Of a stretch of DNA of 56,657 nucleotides, positions 9,118 through 19,358 are shown piece after piece. A program made the translations under genes and the position numbers. How positions within the stretch are numbered: the stretch's first letter is position 1; each line of letters opens with the position of its first letter. The notes under the pieces were generated by a model. The model searched no databases. It was not told the DNA's origin and saw only the letters and a program-made list of their open reading frames with translations. This stretch comes from Bacteroidia bacterium (GTDB taxonomy: Bacteria > Bacteroidota > Bacteroidia > Bacteroidales > VadinHA17): assembly GCA_026391595.1 (NCBI GenBank), contig JAPLDY010000152.1, positions 1-56,657 of the forward strand, written 5' to 3'.

Positions 9118-10062
9118 ATGTCACCTAGTGAAAAAAATCTATCTGCGCTGATCAAGGCTAAAGCCCGTGAACTTAATTTTGATATCTGCGGAATTGCAAA
9201 AACCCGCAAGATGACAGAACGGGCAGAAATTTTACAGAAATGGTGCGAGGCGGGGATGAACGACAATATGTCGTACCTGGAGAGGAATACCGAAAATCGG
9301 GCAGATCCTGACTTATTATTCCCGGGAACCAGGTCGCTTGCGGTTGTGGGATTCAGCTACTACTCAGAATTAAAGCAGATAGATCATAGTGCACCACTTC
9401 TTTCGAGATATACATACGGGATTAATTATCATGATGTTATTGAAAACAAACTTGAGAAGCTCCTTGAATATGTAAAGGTTGAGGTCCCCGGCTGCGAAGG
9501 AAAAATATTTGTCGATTCAGATCCGCTTTTTGAGAAAGGATGGGCTCAGGAAGCAGGGCTGGGGTGGCAGGGGAAGCATTCAATAGTGATCAATAAGGAA
9601 ATTGGATCATTCTTCTTTATCGGAATTATGATGCTGAACATTGACCTTGAATACGATAAGCCTTTGAATAAGGAATATTGCGGCGAATGCAGATTATGTA
9701 CAGATGCCTGCCCGACCGGAGCGATAAATGACGACAGGACAATAGATGCACGGAAATGCATTTCAAACCTCACGATAGAAAACCGGGGGCCGATACCCGA
9801 AGAGTTCATTCCAAAGATGGGAGGAAGAGTTTATGCCTGCGACAAATGTCAGGAAGTATGTCCATGGAATAAGAATGTAAAACCAAATAATCATCCTGAA
9901 TTTGCCATTAATGAGAAAATAGCTGGTATGTCCCGCCAGGATTGGCAATCACTTACTGAGGATCAATTCAAAGAGTTATTCAGCAACACAGCCATGGGAA
10001 GGATAAAATTCGCCGACCTTAAGCGTAATATTGCTGCGGCAATCCTCTCAATGGATTTCTAA
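9118..10062 (+). CDS. queG: Epoxyqueuosine reductase
   Basis: SRY..G..YH, CGECRLCTDACPTGA and CDKCQEVCPWN Fe-S motifs. Confidence 0.93.
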   Translation: MSPSEKNLSALIKAKARELNFDICGIAKTRKMTERAEILQKWCEAGMNDNMSYLERNTENRADPDLLFPGTRSLAVVGFSYYSELKQIDHSAPLLSRYTYGINYHDVIENKLEKLLEYVKVEVPGCEGKIFVDSDPLFEKGWAQEAGLGWQGKHSIVINKEIGSFFFIGIMMLNIDLEYDKPLNKEYCGECRLCTDACPTGAINDDRTIDARKCISNLTIENRGPIPEEFIPKMGGRVYACDKCQEVCPWNKNVKPNNHPEFAINEKIAGMSRQDWQSLTEDQFKELFSNTAMGRIKFADLKRNIAAAILSMDF

Positions 10063-10140
10063 TAAGACTGATTCTCCAATAAAATTGCAATTTGTTTTTT
10101 ACCTTTCCTGTAATAATACGTCTTTATTACAGATAACAAT

Positions 10141-10692
10141 TTGATTTTGGTTAATCTCGAATTAATAGAAGAGTGCAAAAAAGGCAATCTGCAGAATTTC
10201 AGAAAGCTAATAGGAATATCTTCCCCTTTTGCCTTCTCTGTAGCCTTCAGAATGCTTGGTGATGAGGACCTTGCAAAAGATGTTGTTCAGGAAACCATGA
10301 TAACAATATGGTCGAAGCTGAATAAGATCAAATCGGCAGAAAGTTATAAGACATGGTTATACAGGATTGTGGTGAACAAGTGCTACGACGAGATGAGAAG
10401 GAAAAAGAAAATTATGGAAGATAGAGCTGACGACAAAACCTGGGCTTCGATCTCAAACCATATTTCAGACGAAAACCCATCTGAACTTGAGAACAGGGAA
10501 ACCGCAATGATCATAAATCTGATGACCAGGAAGCTTAGCCCCAGGCAAAAATCCGTTTTTGTCCTGAGCGACCTTGAGGAGATGACACCGAAAGAGATCT
10601 CTGAAATAACAGGGATGAGCAAAAGGAACATAAAGGCCAACCTTCATTATGCAAGAAAAAATATTGGTGAAATGATTGAAAAATATATCTGA
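10141..10692 (+). CDS. ECF RNA polymerase sigma factor
   Basis: DVVQETMI..W, TWLYRIVVNKCYD region 2; C-terminal region 4 HTH. Confidence 0.9.
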   Translation: MILVNLELIEECKKGNLQNFRKLIGISSPFAFSVAFRMLGDEDLAKDVVQETMITIWSKLNKIKSAESYKTWLYRIVVNKCYDEMRRKKKIMEDRADDKTWASISNHISDENPSELENRETAMIINLMTRKLSPRQKSVFVLSDLEEMTPKEISEITGMSKRNIKANLHYARKNIGEMIEKYI

Positions 10693-10693
10693 G

Positions 10694-11239
10694 ATGACAG
10701 AAGAAGAAAAAAAATATGAAAGGGTCCTCAATATCCTCAGAAAATCCAAACCTGAACTCAATGGATTGGAAGATATTGAAAAAGGGGTGTTAAAAGAAAT
10801 TCAAAAATCCGGCAGAAAGGTGCAGGAGGATTTTAATCTCTTCGATTACCTGTTTGGCTGGGTTTATATAGGCTGGGTGAGAACAACACTCATAACAGTT
10901 TCGATATTTTTTGTAGGACTGTTTCTTTATCAAAACACACTGATCCTCAGACGGTTAAATCTGCTTGAAAATCAAACAGTAACGACAGGGAGCCAGTTCG
11001 TCAACTTGAGTCCGGTTAACCAGGATTACAATATAACTGTAGACAGGCGGACAAAGCTCAGGCTCAAAACCGGAAAAGTTGCCATTACCCGTAAACAATT
11101 GGAAGAATTAGTGAATTCGTACAACGACATGGAGAATAAATATAAAAATCTGATCCATATTATAGAGGATGATCCTGAGCTTAAACAGATGTACGAAAAG
11201 AAACTCTCTGAAAAGAACAAAAAGAAATTTAATCTCTAG
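10694..11239 (+). CDS. Single-TM protein, putative anti-sigma factor
   Basis: Starts right after the ECF sigma stop; one central TM helix. Confidence 0.6.
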   Translation: MTEEEKKYERVLNILRKSKPELNGLEDIEKGVLKEIQKSGRKVQEDFNLFDYLFGWVYIGWVRTTLITVSIFFVGLFLYQNTLILRRLNLLENQTVTTGSQFVNLSPVNQDYNITVDRRTKLRLKTGKVAITRKQLEELVNSYNDMENKYKNLIHIIEDDPELKQMYEKKLSEKNKKKFNL

Positions 11240-11243
11240 TATT

Positions 11244-12305
11244 ATGAAAAACAGATCTCTTAAATTGGCTGTCTCTTTTATCCTGGTTATGCTAATTTCC
11301 TGTGATGAACCAGAGACTGTTGTGACAGATATCGTTCACACGGACGGATCAGTTACACGGAAAATTGAAATGAAAAACACAGAGAACAAATTTGAGCTAG
11401 AAAAAATTCAGGTACCCTTTGACTCAACATGGATAGTGAAAGATTCACTTGAGATAAGTGACAAGGGTGACACGACCTGGGTAAAACGGGCAGAAAAATT
11501 GTACGGAAATGTCTCTGAAATCGACCAGGCATACGTTGCCGATAGCGGCAGTAACCGTGGCATTCCCCGGAGAGCAGAATTCAAAAAAACCTTTAAATGG
11601 TTTAATACAGAGTACCATTTTGCAGAAATAATCGACAGGAAGATTAAGAATGGTTATCCTGTTTCGGATTTTCTGAATCAGGAAGAACTAAAGTGGTTTT
11701 ATTCTCCTGAAAGTGTCGTCAAAGAAAAGACAGAAGGACCTGATAGTCTGAAATATAAGGCATTTGAAGATACGGTAAAAAAGAAAACAGACCGATGGGC
11801 CTATAAATGTCTTGTATCGGAATGGTCGGCCGCATTTTTAATGCTAACTGAAGGTAAAGCCGGCAGTGATATTACAAAGGAATCATTGAAAGCGCATGAA
11901 GACGATTTAGTGAAGCTGCTTGAAACAAATGAAGAGGGTTTAGATAATAATTTTGACTCATTATGGACTAAAGGGATACTCTTGCAGAGATATTTGGGCT
12001 TGGAAAATGGTCAGAAATTCATGATTGAAGCTGATTCTGCAGCTGCTATTTCAGCCGAAAACGTACTTTTTGATTTCAAAGAGTATACTGTAAGGATCAT
12101 TATGCCGGGTAAATTGATAGGTACAAACGGCTTTGTTGATTCAACAGATATTATGCTCTGGCCTGTTAAATCAGATTATTTTACAACTCAGCAATATGAG
12201 ATGTGGGCTGAATCAAAAACGCCCAATAAATGGGCATGGTATGTGACAGGTATATTTCTGTTGTTTGTTCTTGCAGGGATCATCTTCAGGTCGGTAAGAA
12301 AATAA
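11244..12305 (+). CDS. Hypothetical lipoprotein with C-terminal TM anchor
   Basis: MKNRSLKLAVSFILVMLISC lipobox; hydrophobic C-terminal segment. Confidence 0.7.
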   Translation: MKNRSLKLAVSFILVMLISCDEPETVVTDIVHTDGSVTRKIEMKNTENKFELEKIQVPFDSTWIVKDSLEISDKGDTTWVKRAEKLYGNVSEIDQAYVADSGSNRGIPRRAEFKKTFKWFNTEYHFAEIIDRKIKNGYPVSDFLNQEELKWFYSPESVVKEKTEGPDSLKYKAFEDTVKKKTDRWAYKCLVSEWSAAFLMLTEGKAGSDITKESLKAHEDDLVKLLETNEEGLDNNFDSLWTKGILLQRYLGLENGQKFMIEADSAAAISAENVLFDFKEYTVRIIMPGKLIGTNGFVDSTDIMLWPVKSDYFTTQQYEMWAESKTPNKWAWYVTGIFLLFVLAGIIFRSVRK

Positions 12306-12308
12306 AAT

Positions 12309-12341
12309 AAGCAAGGGGCGTTATTCATACGCCCCTGCTTT
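12309..12341. terminator. Bidirectional intrinsic terminator
   Basis: AAGCAAGGGGCGT-TATTCAT-ACGCCCCTGCTT between convergent genes. Confidence 0.75.
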
Positions 12342-12372
12342 CCCTAAAAACCAAACCTGACTAAAACGAGTA

Positions 12373-12879
12373 CTACTTAACGTAATCCTTGAGCATCAGC
12401 ATGAGTTTCTGACGCGTGAAAAATATCCTGCTTTTTACTGTACCTATCTTTAAACCAAGTTCATCAGCTATCTCTTTGTATTTGTAACCATTGAGGTGCA
12501 TCCTGAAGGGGATCCTGAATTCATCCCCGAGTGAATCTATTGCACGTTCAATTTCACCTTCAGCATAATTCGACTCTGGAGATATAAATCCCTTGTCGCC
12601 CGGCTGATTGATGTAATAAAGATCCTGGGTACCATCAATAATGGTATTCTCTTTTACTCCGCGCCTGTAATTATTAATGAAAGTATTTTTCATAATAGTG
12701 AAAACCCATGCTTTGAGGTTTGTATAGTCCGCAAATTTGTCCTTATAAGTAATAGCTTTCAGATATGTGTCCTGAACCAGGTCCAGTGCATCGTCGCGAT
12801 CGGATGTTAGGCTCATGGCAAACCTTTGAAGATTGGGCTTCATTCCGATCAGACTGGTATTGAATTCAATTGTTGTCAT
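12373..12879 (-). CDS. ECF RNA polymerase sigma factor
   Basis: DLVQDTYLKA, NLKAWVFTIMKNTFIN, GYKYKEIA..L..GTVKSRIF; ATG at 12879 below a TAAATTTG -7 element (12906-12913). Confidence 0.92.
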   Translation of the reverse strand: MTTIEFNTSLIGMKPNLQRFAMSLTSDRDDALDLVQDTYLKAITYKDKFADYTNLKAWVFTIMKNTFINNYRRGVKENTIIDGTQDLYYINQPGDKGFISPESNYAEGEIERAIDSLGDEFRIPFRMHLNGYKYKEIADELGLKIGTVKSRIFFTRQKLMLMLKDYVK

Positions 12880-12959
12880 AGCTCTTATTATTTTATTTGT
12901 TATCGCAAATTTATAAACATATAAAAAGATAAGCAAATCTTAATATCCTAATATCCACA

Positions 12960-12982
12960 TATTCCAGAATCATTCTAAATAA
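12960..12982 (-). promoter_or_regulatory. Second Fur/PerR-like box
   Basis: Minus strand TTATTTAGAATGATTCTGG, with the same TTATTTAGA half-site as the suf operator. Confidence 0.4.
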
Positions 12983-13061
12983 GGCTGCATGGTAAAACAC
13001 AGATAATGAATATGATATGCAACTAAAACAGAGATGTGTATAAATTATATATAAATAGAAA

Positions 13062-13187
13062 ACCCCCTTCCCAACCTTCCCCCACGGGGAGGCCCGAGCG
13101 TAAAGAAATAGCCCGGTGGGCTATTTTAGCGGAGGGGCCGGCATGCTGCGAAGGCGTTTCCCCCCTGGGGGAAATAAGAAAGGGGGT
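13062..13187. repeat. REP-like palindromic element, copy A (with internal insert)
   Basis: Arms match 45449-45520 at 22/23 and 30/31 nt. Confidence 0.85.
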
Positions 13188-13267
13188 AAATGACAATGAA
13201 GAAATTAATATTTGTCTCCTTTTCCAAGCAGATTCCTTCAACTTTTGTACTTTTAAAGAATAAAACC

Positions 13268-14089
13268 ATGGAATACAATATAGTTCTCAGTAACCGTCAG
13301 GTATTGAAGGGTATGATATCCACTCCCGGCGACAAAGCAAAAGCTTTCATAATATTTGTCCATGGCCTGGGAGAGCATATCCAGAGGTATGAATCATGGG
13401 CAGCTCTTCTGAACAGGGAGGGGATCGGATTTACAGGTGTCGATCTGCCCGGACACGGCCGTTCCGATGGAGCACGCGGGAATATAAGAAGCTATTCGCT
13501 TACCGACGAGATGATAGAAATACTCCAGGAGAATGTCAGCAAAACTTTTCCCGGAATTCCTGTTTTTATTTATGGTCAAAGTCTGGGTGGCGGAATCGTG
13601 CTGGATTTTCTTCTGAGGAAAAAGCCCGGCTTCAAAGGTGCAATAGTGACATCTCCGTGGCTTAAGCTGTCATTCCAGCCAGGCAAATCCAAGATCATGC
13701 TTGCTGCCATGATGAAGAACATCCTACCCGGAATGGTACAGCCATCAGGTCTTGTGGTCGATCATTTTTCACACGACAGGGAGGTAGTTAAACGCTATAC
13801 CTTAGATCCTCTGGTTCATAATAAGATATCTGTAAGCCTGTTTCACAGCGCAATGAGTGCAGCAGGCTATGCATTGGCTCATGCTTCTGAACTCAATATC
13901 CCTCTTCTGCTGATGCACGGCAGCGACGATTTGCTGTGTTCGCCTGATGGCAGCCGGGAATTTGCCTCTAAGACAAAACTAGCCGAACTTAAGATATGGG
14001 AGGGGGGATACCATGAGCTGCATAACGAACTTTTCAGGGATAAAGTTTTTGAATATCTGAAAACCTGGATCAACAAGATGGTTAACTGA
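13268..14089 (+). CDS. Alpha/beta hydrolase (lysophospholipase/monoacylglycerol lipase-like)
   Basis: HGLGEH, DLPGHGRS, GQSLGG nucleophile, YHELHNE. Confidence 0.9.
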   Translation: MEYNIVLSNRQVLKGMISTPGDKAKAFIIFVHGLGEHIQRYESWAALLNREGIGFTGVDLPGHGRSDGARGNIRSYSLTDEMIEILQENVSKTFPGIPVFIYGQSLGGGIVLDFLLRKKPGFKGAIVTSPWLKLSFQPGKSKIMLAAMMKNILPGMVQPSGLVVDHFSHDREVVKRYTLDPLVHNKISVSLFHSAMSAAGYALAHASELNIPLLLMHGSDDLLCSPDGSREFASKTKLAELKIWEGGYHELHNELFRDKVFEYLKTWINKMVN

Positions 14090-14090
14090 A

Positions 14091-15077
14091 ATGGAATTAA
14101 GAACAGTTGTAAAAATCAATCCTTCACCTAACAGGATTACATATAATGATCCGGTAATGTTCATAGGATCATGTTTTGCCGCTTCAATAGGACACCGGAT
14201 GGAAACCGGCCATATGCCTGTGATGATAAATCCGTCAGGTACGGTTTACAACCCGGTCTCGGTCTGCAACACCTTAGATACAATAACCTCCGGAAGGAAC
14301 TATATGGCATCTGATCTTTACGAACATAAAAATACATGGCTGAGCTTCAATCATTATACTGATTTCTCTTCAGAGAATGCGGAAGCTGTTCTGGAAAAGA
14401 TAAACAGGAGGAGTGAAGCCGCCGGAGATTTTCTTACGGGAGCCAGGTTTCTTTTTGTCACATTCGGAACGGCAAGGGTATACAGATGGAAACATTCAGG
14501 TAAAATTGTATCCAATTGCCATAAGATACCATCATCGGAATTTACAAACGAACTGCTTTCAGTCGAGGCTATAGTCTCTCTTTGGAATAATCAGCTTGAG
14601 AGACTCAAATCACTTTTTCCTGACCTAAAAGTCATATTTACTGTCAGCCCTGTCCGTCACTGGAAAGATGGAGCCCATGGCAACCAGATAAGCAAATCTG
14701 TTCTCCTCCTGGCAGTCGAGGAGCTTCTGGGTCATCCTTCAAAACCGGAATATTTTCCTGCTTATGAGATTGTTATGGATGACCTTCGCGATTACCGGTT
14801 CTATGATGACGATATGCTTCATCCTTCAACCGCAGCAGTCGATTATATCTGGAATTCATTTTCTGACTGCTATCTGGATATAAATATTAAAAAACTCTGG
14901 CAGGAGGTTTCCTCGATTACAAAAGCCATGTCTCATAAGATTCTGACAACCTCAAAGACAGAAGTAACAAGATTCGCAAAAAATATTCTTACCAGAATTG
15001 ATGCTGTTGAAAGTAGGCAACCCGTAATCAATCTCGGACTTGAGAGATCTTATTTCAGTGCTCTTCTGAAATTTTAG
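14091..15077 (+). CDS. GSCFA domain protein
   Basis: IGSCFA, NCHKIP, TVSPVRH, YFPAYEI. Confidence 0.92.
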   Translation: MELRTVVKINPSPNRITYNDPVMFIGSCFAASIGHRMETGHMPVMINPSGTVYNPVSVCNTLDTITSGRNYMASDLYEHKNTWLSFNHYTDFSSENAEAVLEKINRRSEAAGDFLTGARFLFVTFGTARVYRWKHSGKIVSNCHKIPSSEFTNELLSVEAIVSLWNNQLERLKSLFPDLKVIFTVSPVRHWKDGAHGNQISKSVLLLAVEELLGHPSKPEYFPAYEIVMDDLRDYRFYDDDMLHPSTAAVDYIWNSFSDCYLDINIKKLWQEVSSITKAMSHKILTTSKTEVTRFAKNILTRIDAVESRQPVINLGLERSYFSALLKF

Positions 15078-15154
15078 AAAATTTCCTGATTTTATTCGAA
15101 TTTTTTTGAACAATTCCTCTGTTTACGTTGTTTTAGAGGCAAATTTTAATTTCT

Positions 15155-17548
15155 ATGAAACGCATTAATATTATACTTCTATTATTTATTTCTCTCTTCC
15201 CTGCGATTTTTGGACAGGCAAATTCAGGGGTGATCAAGGGAAGGGTTTTCAATTCAAAGACTAACGAGGGTGTTCCATTTGCAACAATACAGATATGGGG
15301 AACAACAACAGGAGCCGTATCTGATTTTGACGGAAATTTCCTGTTCACAGGAGTAAAACCAGGATATACAGAACTGAGAGTTTCCTCAGTAGGATACAAA
15401 CCGTCTATCTCTTCCGCACTTCTGGTAACAAACAGCAACCAGGTAAATATTGAGATCCCTCTCGAGGAGCTTGCTATCGATATCGGAGAAGTGGTTATAA
15501 AAGCTTCACCGTTTGTAAAGAAAGCTGAAACGCCCATTTCGGTCAGGATCATAGGGATAGACGAGATTGAAAAGAATCCCGGAGGGAACAGGGATATATC
15601 AAAGGTCATTCAATCATTCCCCGGAGTTGCATCGACACCTGCATTCAGGAATGATGTTATTGTCAGGGGAGGCGGCCCCAACGAAAACAGATTCTATGTG
15701 GATAATGTTGAGATCCCATATCTTAATCATTTCTCCACACAGGGTGCTTCGGGTGGTCCGGTTGGCATCCTTAATGTCGACTTTGTTCAATCGGTCGATT
15801 TTCTTTCAGGAGCATTCCCGGCTTCAAAAGGCAATGCCCTCAGTTCAGTTCTCAACTTTACTTTCATCGACGGGAACAGAGACAAGATGAAATACCGTGC
15901 TACACTCGGCGCTTCTGATCTTGGGCTCACACTTGACGGTCCAACCGGAAAAAACAGCAGTCTTCTGGTGTCGGTCAGAAGATCTTACCTGCAGCTTTTG
16001 TTCAGCGCACTTAAGCTTCCTTTCTTTCCGAATTATACGGATTTCCAGTTTAAGTACAGAGTGCGTCTTGATGATAAAAATGAGATCACCATTATTGGAC
16101 TAGGTGCAAAGGATGATTTCAAACTTAACATGAAAGCCAATGATACGGAGTACCAACGATATATACTCGACTATATTCCGGTTCAGGAACAATACAGCTA
16201 TGTTACCGGTCTGGTTTACAAACATTTCAGGGGAACCGGGTATGATACATGGGTCTTTAGCAGGAATTATCTTAATAATTCACAGTACAAATATGCCGGA
16301 AACGTAGAAGCTGACACTAACAAGCTGTTCGACTACCTTTCAGGTGAAGGTGAGATCAAATCGAGGTTTGAAAGAACGATAATCGGAGAGAAGGGGCTGA
16401 GAGTTAATTTTGGCGCAAGTGCCGAATATGCTCACTACAGGAATTCGACATACAGGCTTCTTTATACAGGTCTGGGAGAAAATGAACTGAACTATGAGAC
16501 AAACCTTAAGCTCGGTAAGTTTGGTGTTTTCGGTCAGATGAGCAAGTCAATACTTGAGGAGAGGCTCAGACTATCACTGGGTGTCCGCACCGATTTCAAC
16601 ACATATTCCCCCTCGATGTCAAATCCCCTGAAGCAGTTATCACCCAGACTTTCAGCATCATATATCCTTACTGAAAAGCTGAATCTGAATTTCAATATTG
16701 GCCGCTATTACCAGCTGCCGCCATACACTGCTCTCGGATACTCGACCGCAACAGAAGAGTTTGTGAATAAGAACAACAATCTGAAGTACATAAGCTCCGA
16801 CCATATTGTGGCAGGAGTGGAGCTTGTGCCAAGCGAGAACATCCAGATCACTGCAGAAGGATTTATGAAGTTCTATTCAAAGTATCCTTTTTCTGTGAGG
16901 GAGATGATTCCTATTTCAAGCAAAAGCGCCGATTACGGTATCTTTGGGGATGAAGAGCTTACTTCAACTTCAGACGGAAGAGCATACGGTATTGAATTAC
17001 TCGGCAGGCTGAAAGAATTTAAAAGGATAAATCTGGTATTCTCCTATACGTATGTAAGAAGCGAATTTAAGGATCTTGCTTCCAATTGGATCCCCTCATC
17101 CTGGGACAACCGTCATCTCTTTAATCTTACAGCAACGAAGAAGTTAAACCGCAACTGGGATTTAGGCTTCAAGTGGCGATTTGTCGGAGGCGCTCCCTAC
17201 ACTCCTTATGATATTGAGAAATCTATGCTTAAGGCTGCATGGGATCTCCAGGGGCAAGGTTATCTCGACTATTCAAATTTCAACAGCCAGCGCCTCAAAT
17301 CATTCCATCAGCTCGATCTGAGGATCGACAAACAATACTACTTCAAAGGGTGGTCGCTGATGCTTTATGCTGACGTCCAGAACGTTTACAATCACCAGGC
17401 AGACCAACCTGCAATTCTGATCAGGGAATCGGATATGAACGGCATTCCTTTTACCGATTCGTCTGACCCGCAAAAGTATGTTCCAAAGTACATCGACGGC
17501 TCATCGGGAACTGTATTGCCGACAATAGGAATTATGATCGAATTTTAA
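15155..17548 (+). CDS. TonB-dependent receptor
   Basis: Signal peptide, N-terminal carboxypeptidase-regulatory-like domain, plug (VRGGGPNEN), terminal Phe. Confidence 0.9.
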   Translation: MKRINIILLLFISLFPAIFGQANSGVIKGRVFNSKTNEGVPFATIQIWGTTTGAVSDFDGNFLFTGVKPGYTELRVSSVGYKPSISSALLVTNSNQVNIEIPLEELAIDIGEVVIKASPFVKKAETPISVRIIGIDEIEKNPGGNRDISKVIQSFPGVASTPAFRNDVIVRGGGPNENRFYVDNVEIPYLNHFSTQGASGGPVGILNVDFVQSVDFLSGAFPASKGNALSSVLNFTFIDGNRDKMKYRATLGASDLGLTLDGPTGKNSSLLVSVRRSYLQLLFSALKLPFFPNYTDFQFKYRVRLDDKNEITIIGLGAKDDFKLNMKANDTEYQRYILDYIPVQEQYSYVTGLVYKHFRGTGYDTWVFSRNYLNNSQYKYAGNVEADTNKLFDYLSGEGEIKSRFERTIIGEKGLRVNFGASAEYAHYRNSTYRLLYTGLGENELNYETNLKLGKFGVFGQMSKSILEERLRLSLGVRTDFNTYSPSMSNPLKQLSPRLSASYILTEKLNLNFNIGRYYQLPPYTALGYSTATEEFVNKNNNLKYISSDHIVAGVELVPSENIQITAEGFMKFYSKYPFSVREMIPISSKSADYGIFGDEELTSTSDGRAYGIELLGRLKEFKRINLVFSYTYVRSEFKDLASNWIPSSWDNRHLFNLTATKKLNRNWDLGFKWRFVGGAPYTPYDIEKSMLKAAWDLQGQGYLDYSNFNSQRLKSFHQLDLRIDKQYYFKGWSLMLYADVQNVYNHQADQPAILIRESDMNGIPFTDSSDPQKYVPKYIDGSSGTVLPTIGIMIEF

Positions 17549-17559
17549 ACAAAACAGAA

Positions 17560-18303
17560 ATGAACAGGATAATTATATTACTCATAGCTCTGACATTAGG
17601 TGCCTGCTCAACAGGCTCAATTAAAAAACAACCTGCGGTGCCGGAAGAAAAGACAACACTGGTTACCAACACACGGGGTGAAGGTCCTGAAATAATAGTG
17701 GACCTAGATAAAGGAGTGTCCTTTTACTACCCTCTTTTTGCAATATGGCTCGAAGATGCTGATGGCAAATATATTCAGACCCTTTATGTAGCTAAAGCCG
17801 TGGGGACGGGTTTTTTCAGATATGCAAAACAGGAAGGGAATAAATGGATAAGCGGAGAAAAACGAGCTCCACAAACCCTTCCATACTGGTCGCACAAACG
17901 AGGCATTATAGCTGCTGACGGCCTCTATGTTCCTGATGATCAATCATCCGTTCCGGATGCTTATTCAGGGGCCACACCAATAACCAGCTTTACTCTTACA
18001 TCACATGCAGATGGCTCTCTTCCTGAAAAATACAAAGTAATGATGGAGATAAACCAAAACTGGGACTGGAACGAATACTGGACCAATGACAGATACCCTG
18101 ATGATGAGAATTACAAGATCTCATGCCAGCCTGCGCTTGTTTATGAGGCAGTTATAGATACAAAACTGCCAAAGGATTCATATCAGATGAATCCGGCAGG
18201 TCATAGTCATTATTCAGGAAAAACCGGGGAATTGTTCACCGATCTCAGTACTCTGACCACGGCTTTGAATATTGTGGATAGAGTGACTGTAAAAGTGAGA
18301 TAA
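17560..18303 (+). CDS. Lipoprotein (DUF2271-like), likely partner of the TonB receptor
   Basis: LGAC lipobox; FAIWLED..GKYIQTLYV and DAYSGATP motifs. Confidence 0.7.
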   Translation: MNRIIILLIALTLGACSTGSIKKQPAVPEEKTTLVTNTRGEGPEIIVDLDKGVSFYYPLFAIWLEDADGKYIQTLYVAKAVGTGFFRYAKQEGNKWISGEKRAPQTLPYWSHKRGIIAADGLYVPDDQSSVPDAYSGATPITSFTLTSHADGSLPEKYKVMMEINQNWDWNEYWTNDRYPDDENYKISCQPALVYEAVIDTKLPKDSYQMNPAGHSHYSGKTGELFTDLSTLTTALNIVDRVTVKVR

Positions 18304-19203
18304 TCACTTCAGGCTTTCGACACAGCTTATAAAACCTGCAGGATCTCTTGTTATTAAGAGTCTATCCTGCTGTTTTTTTTCTTTTTCATCAGGAAAATCA
18401 GTGAGGATTATTTTCTTGATCATCAATGATTTGCCGATGTTGCTGAAATACACGATCTTCTTCTTAGCAAAATCAAATCCGCTGGAGTTAACCACAAGGT
18501 ATTCAAATGGTTTGATCTTGAACATTTCAATAGCTTCCGATGCGGGGAGAATGCCTCCGGTATATATAACCTCAAATCCATGTTTTCTGAGGACATATTT
18601 ATAGAACAGGAAGTTATTATCGCTCAGATTATCGGAAGTATTAATCATGGCAACTGATGGTTTTGACCTTCCGGTCCACGGCTTCAGCTGATTGTCTTCA
18701 ATAGTTATTATCTGCTTGATTATGCTTCTTATAAACTGCTCCTGTGCTCTGGATAGACTACCGGTCTGCCAGAGTATTTTAGCTTTTTCCAAAAGGGGAT
18801 GAAGGTATCTGCAATAAGCCTCTTCAATACCTCTGTATTTTATAAAAGGAGCCAGTGTCTCTTTGAAGAGATCTTCATTGAACCGGATGGCTGACATCAG
18901 TATTTTACCCGGCTGAAATTCATGATCCGGATCATCATTACTGCTGCTTACTGTCATAACCTTTTGGGTAAGCTCATCTTCGTCGAGCCTGGCAATCTTT
19001 GATATTTTCAAACCACTGCGGTTAAGATAGGCTACATTAAGTATTTTTTTAAGTTCTGATTCATTGTAGGTTCTGATATTTGAATCAGTTCTTTCAGGTT
19101 CGAGTATCCCATATCTTTTTTCCCAGATCCTGATTGTATGGGCTTTGATACCTGAAAAATTCTCCAGGTCTCTGATCGAGAATACATTATATCCTTCTTC
19201 CAT
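18304..19203 (-). CDS. MerR-family regulator, CarH/LitR-like architecture
   Basis: FSIRDLENFSGIKAHTIRIWEKRYG HTH; degenerate helical and Rossmann B12-type domains. Confidence 0.85.
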   Translation of the reverse strand: MEEGYNVFSIRDLENFSGIKAHTIRIWEKRYGILEPERTDSNIRTYNESELKKILNVAYLNRSGLKISKIARLDEDELTQKVMTVSSSNDDPDHEFQPGKILMSAIRFNEDLFKETLAPFIKYRGIEEAYCRYLHPLLEKAKILWQTGSLSRAQEQFIRSIIKQIITIEDNQLKPWTGRSKPSVAMINTSDNLSDNNFLFYKYVLRKHGFEVIYTGGILPASEAIEMFKIKPFEYLVVNSSGFDFAKKKIVYFSNIGKSLMIKKIILTDFPDEKEKKQQDRLLITRDPAGFISCVESLK

Positions 19204-19358
19204 GGCTAAATATTATAATAATATCTGTAGTTCCTTACAAATGATAAACAACCCGTGAAAGGGAATGTTTACAATTTCCAAATGGTTATTAAATTTTCAA
19301 ATTTTATTTGCGGAAAATTCCCCCGAACATCCGCTCAAATACTGAGTAATCTTTACAC

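Noticed and set aside
13023-13263. Short ORFs on both strands at 13.0-13.3 kb
   Set aside because: They are read-throughs of the REP-like palindrome.
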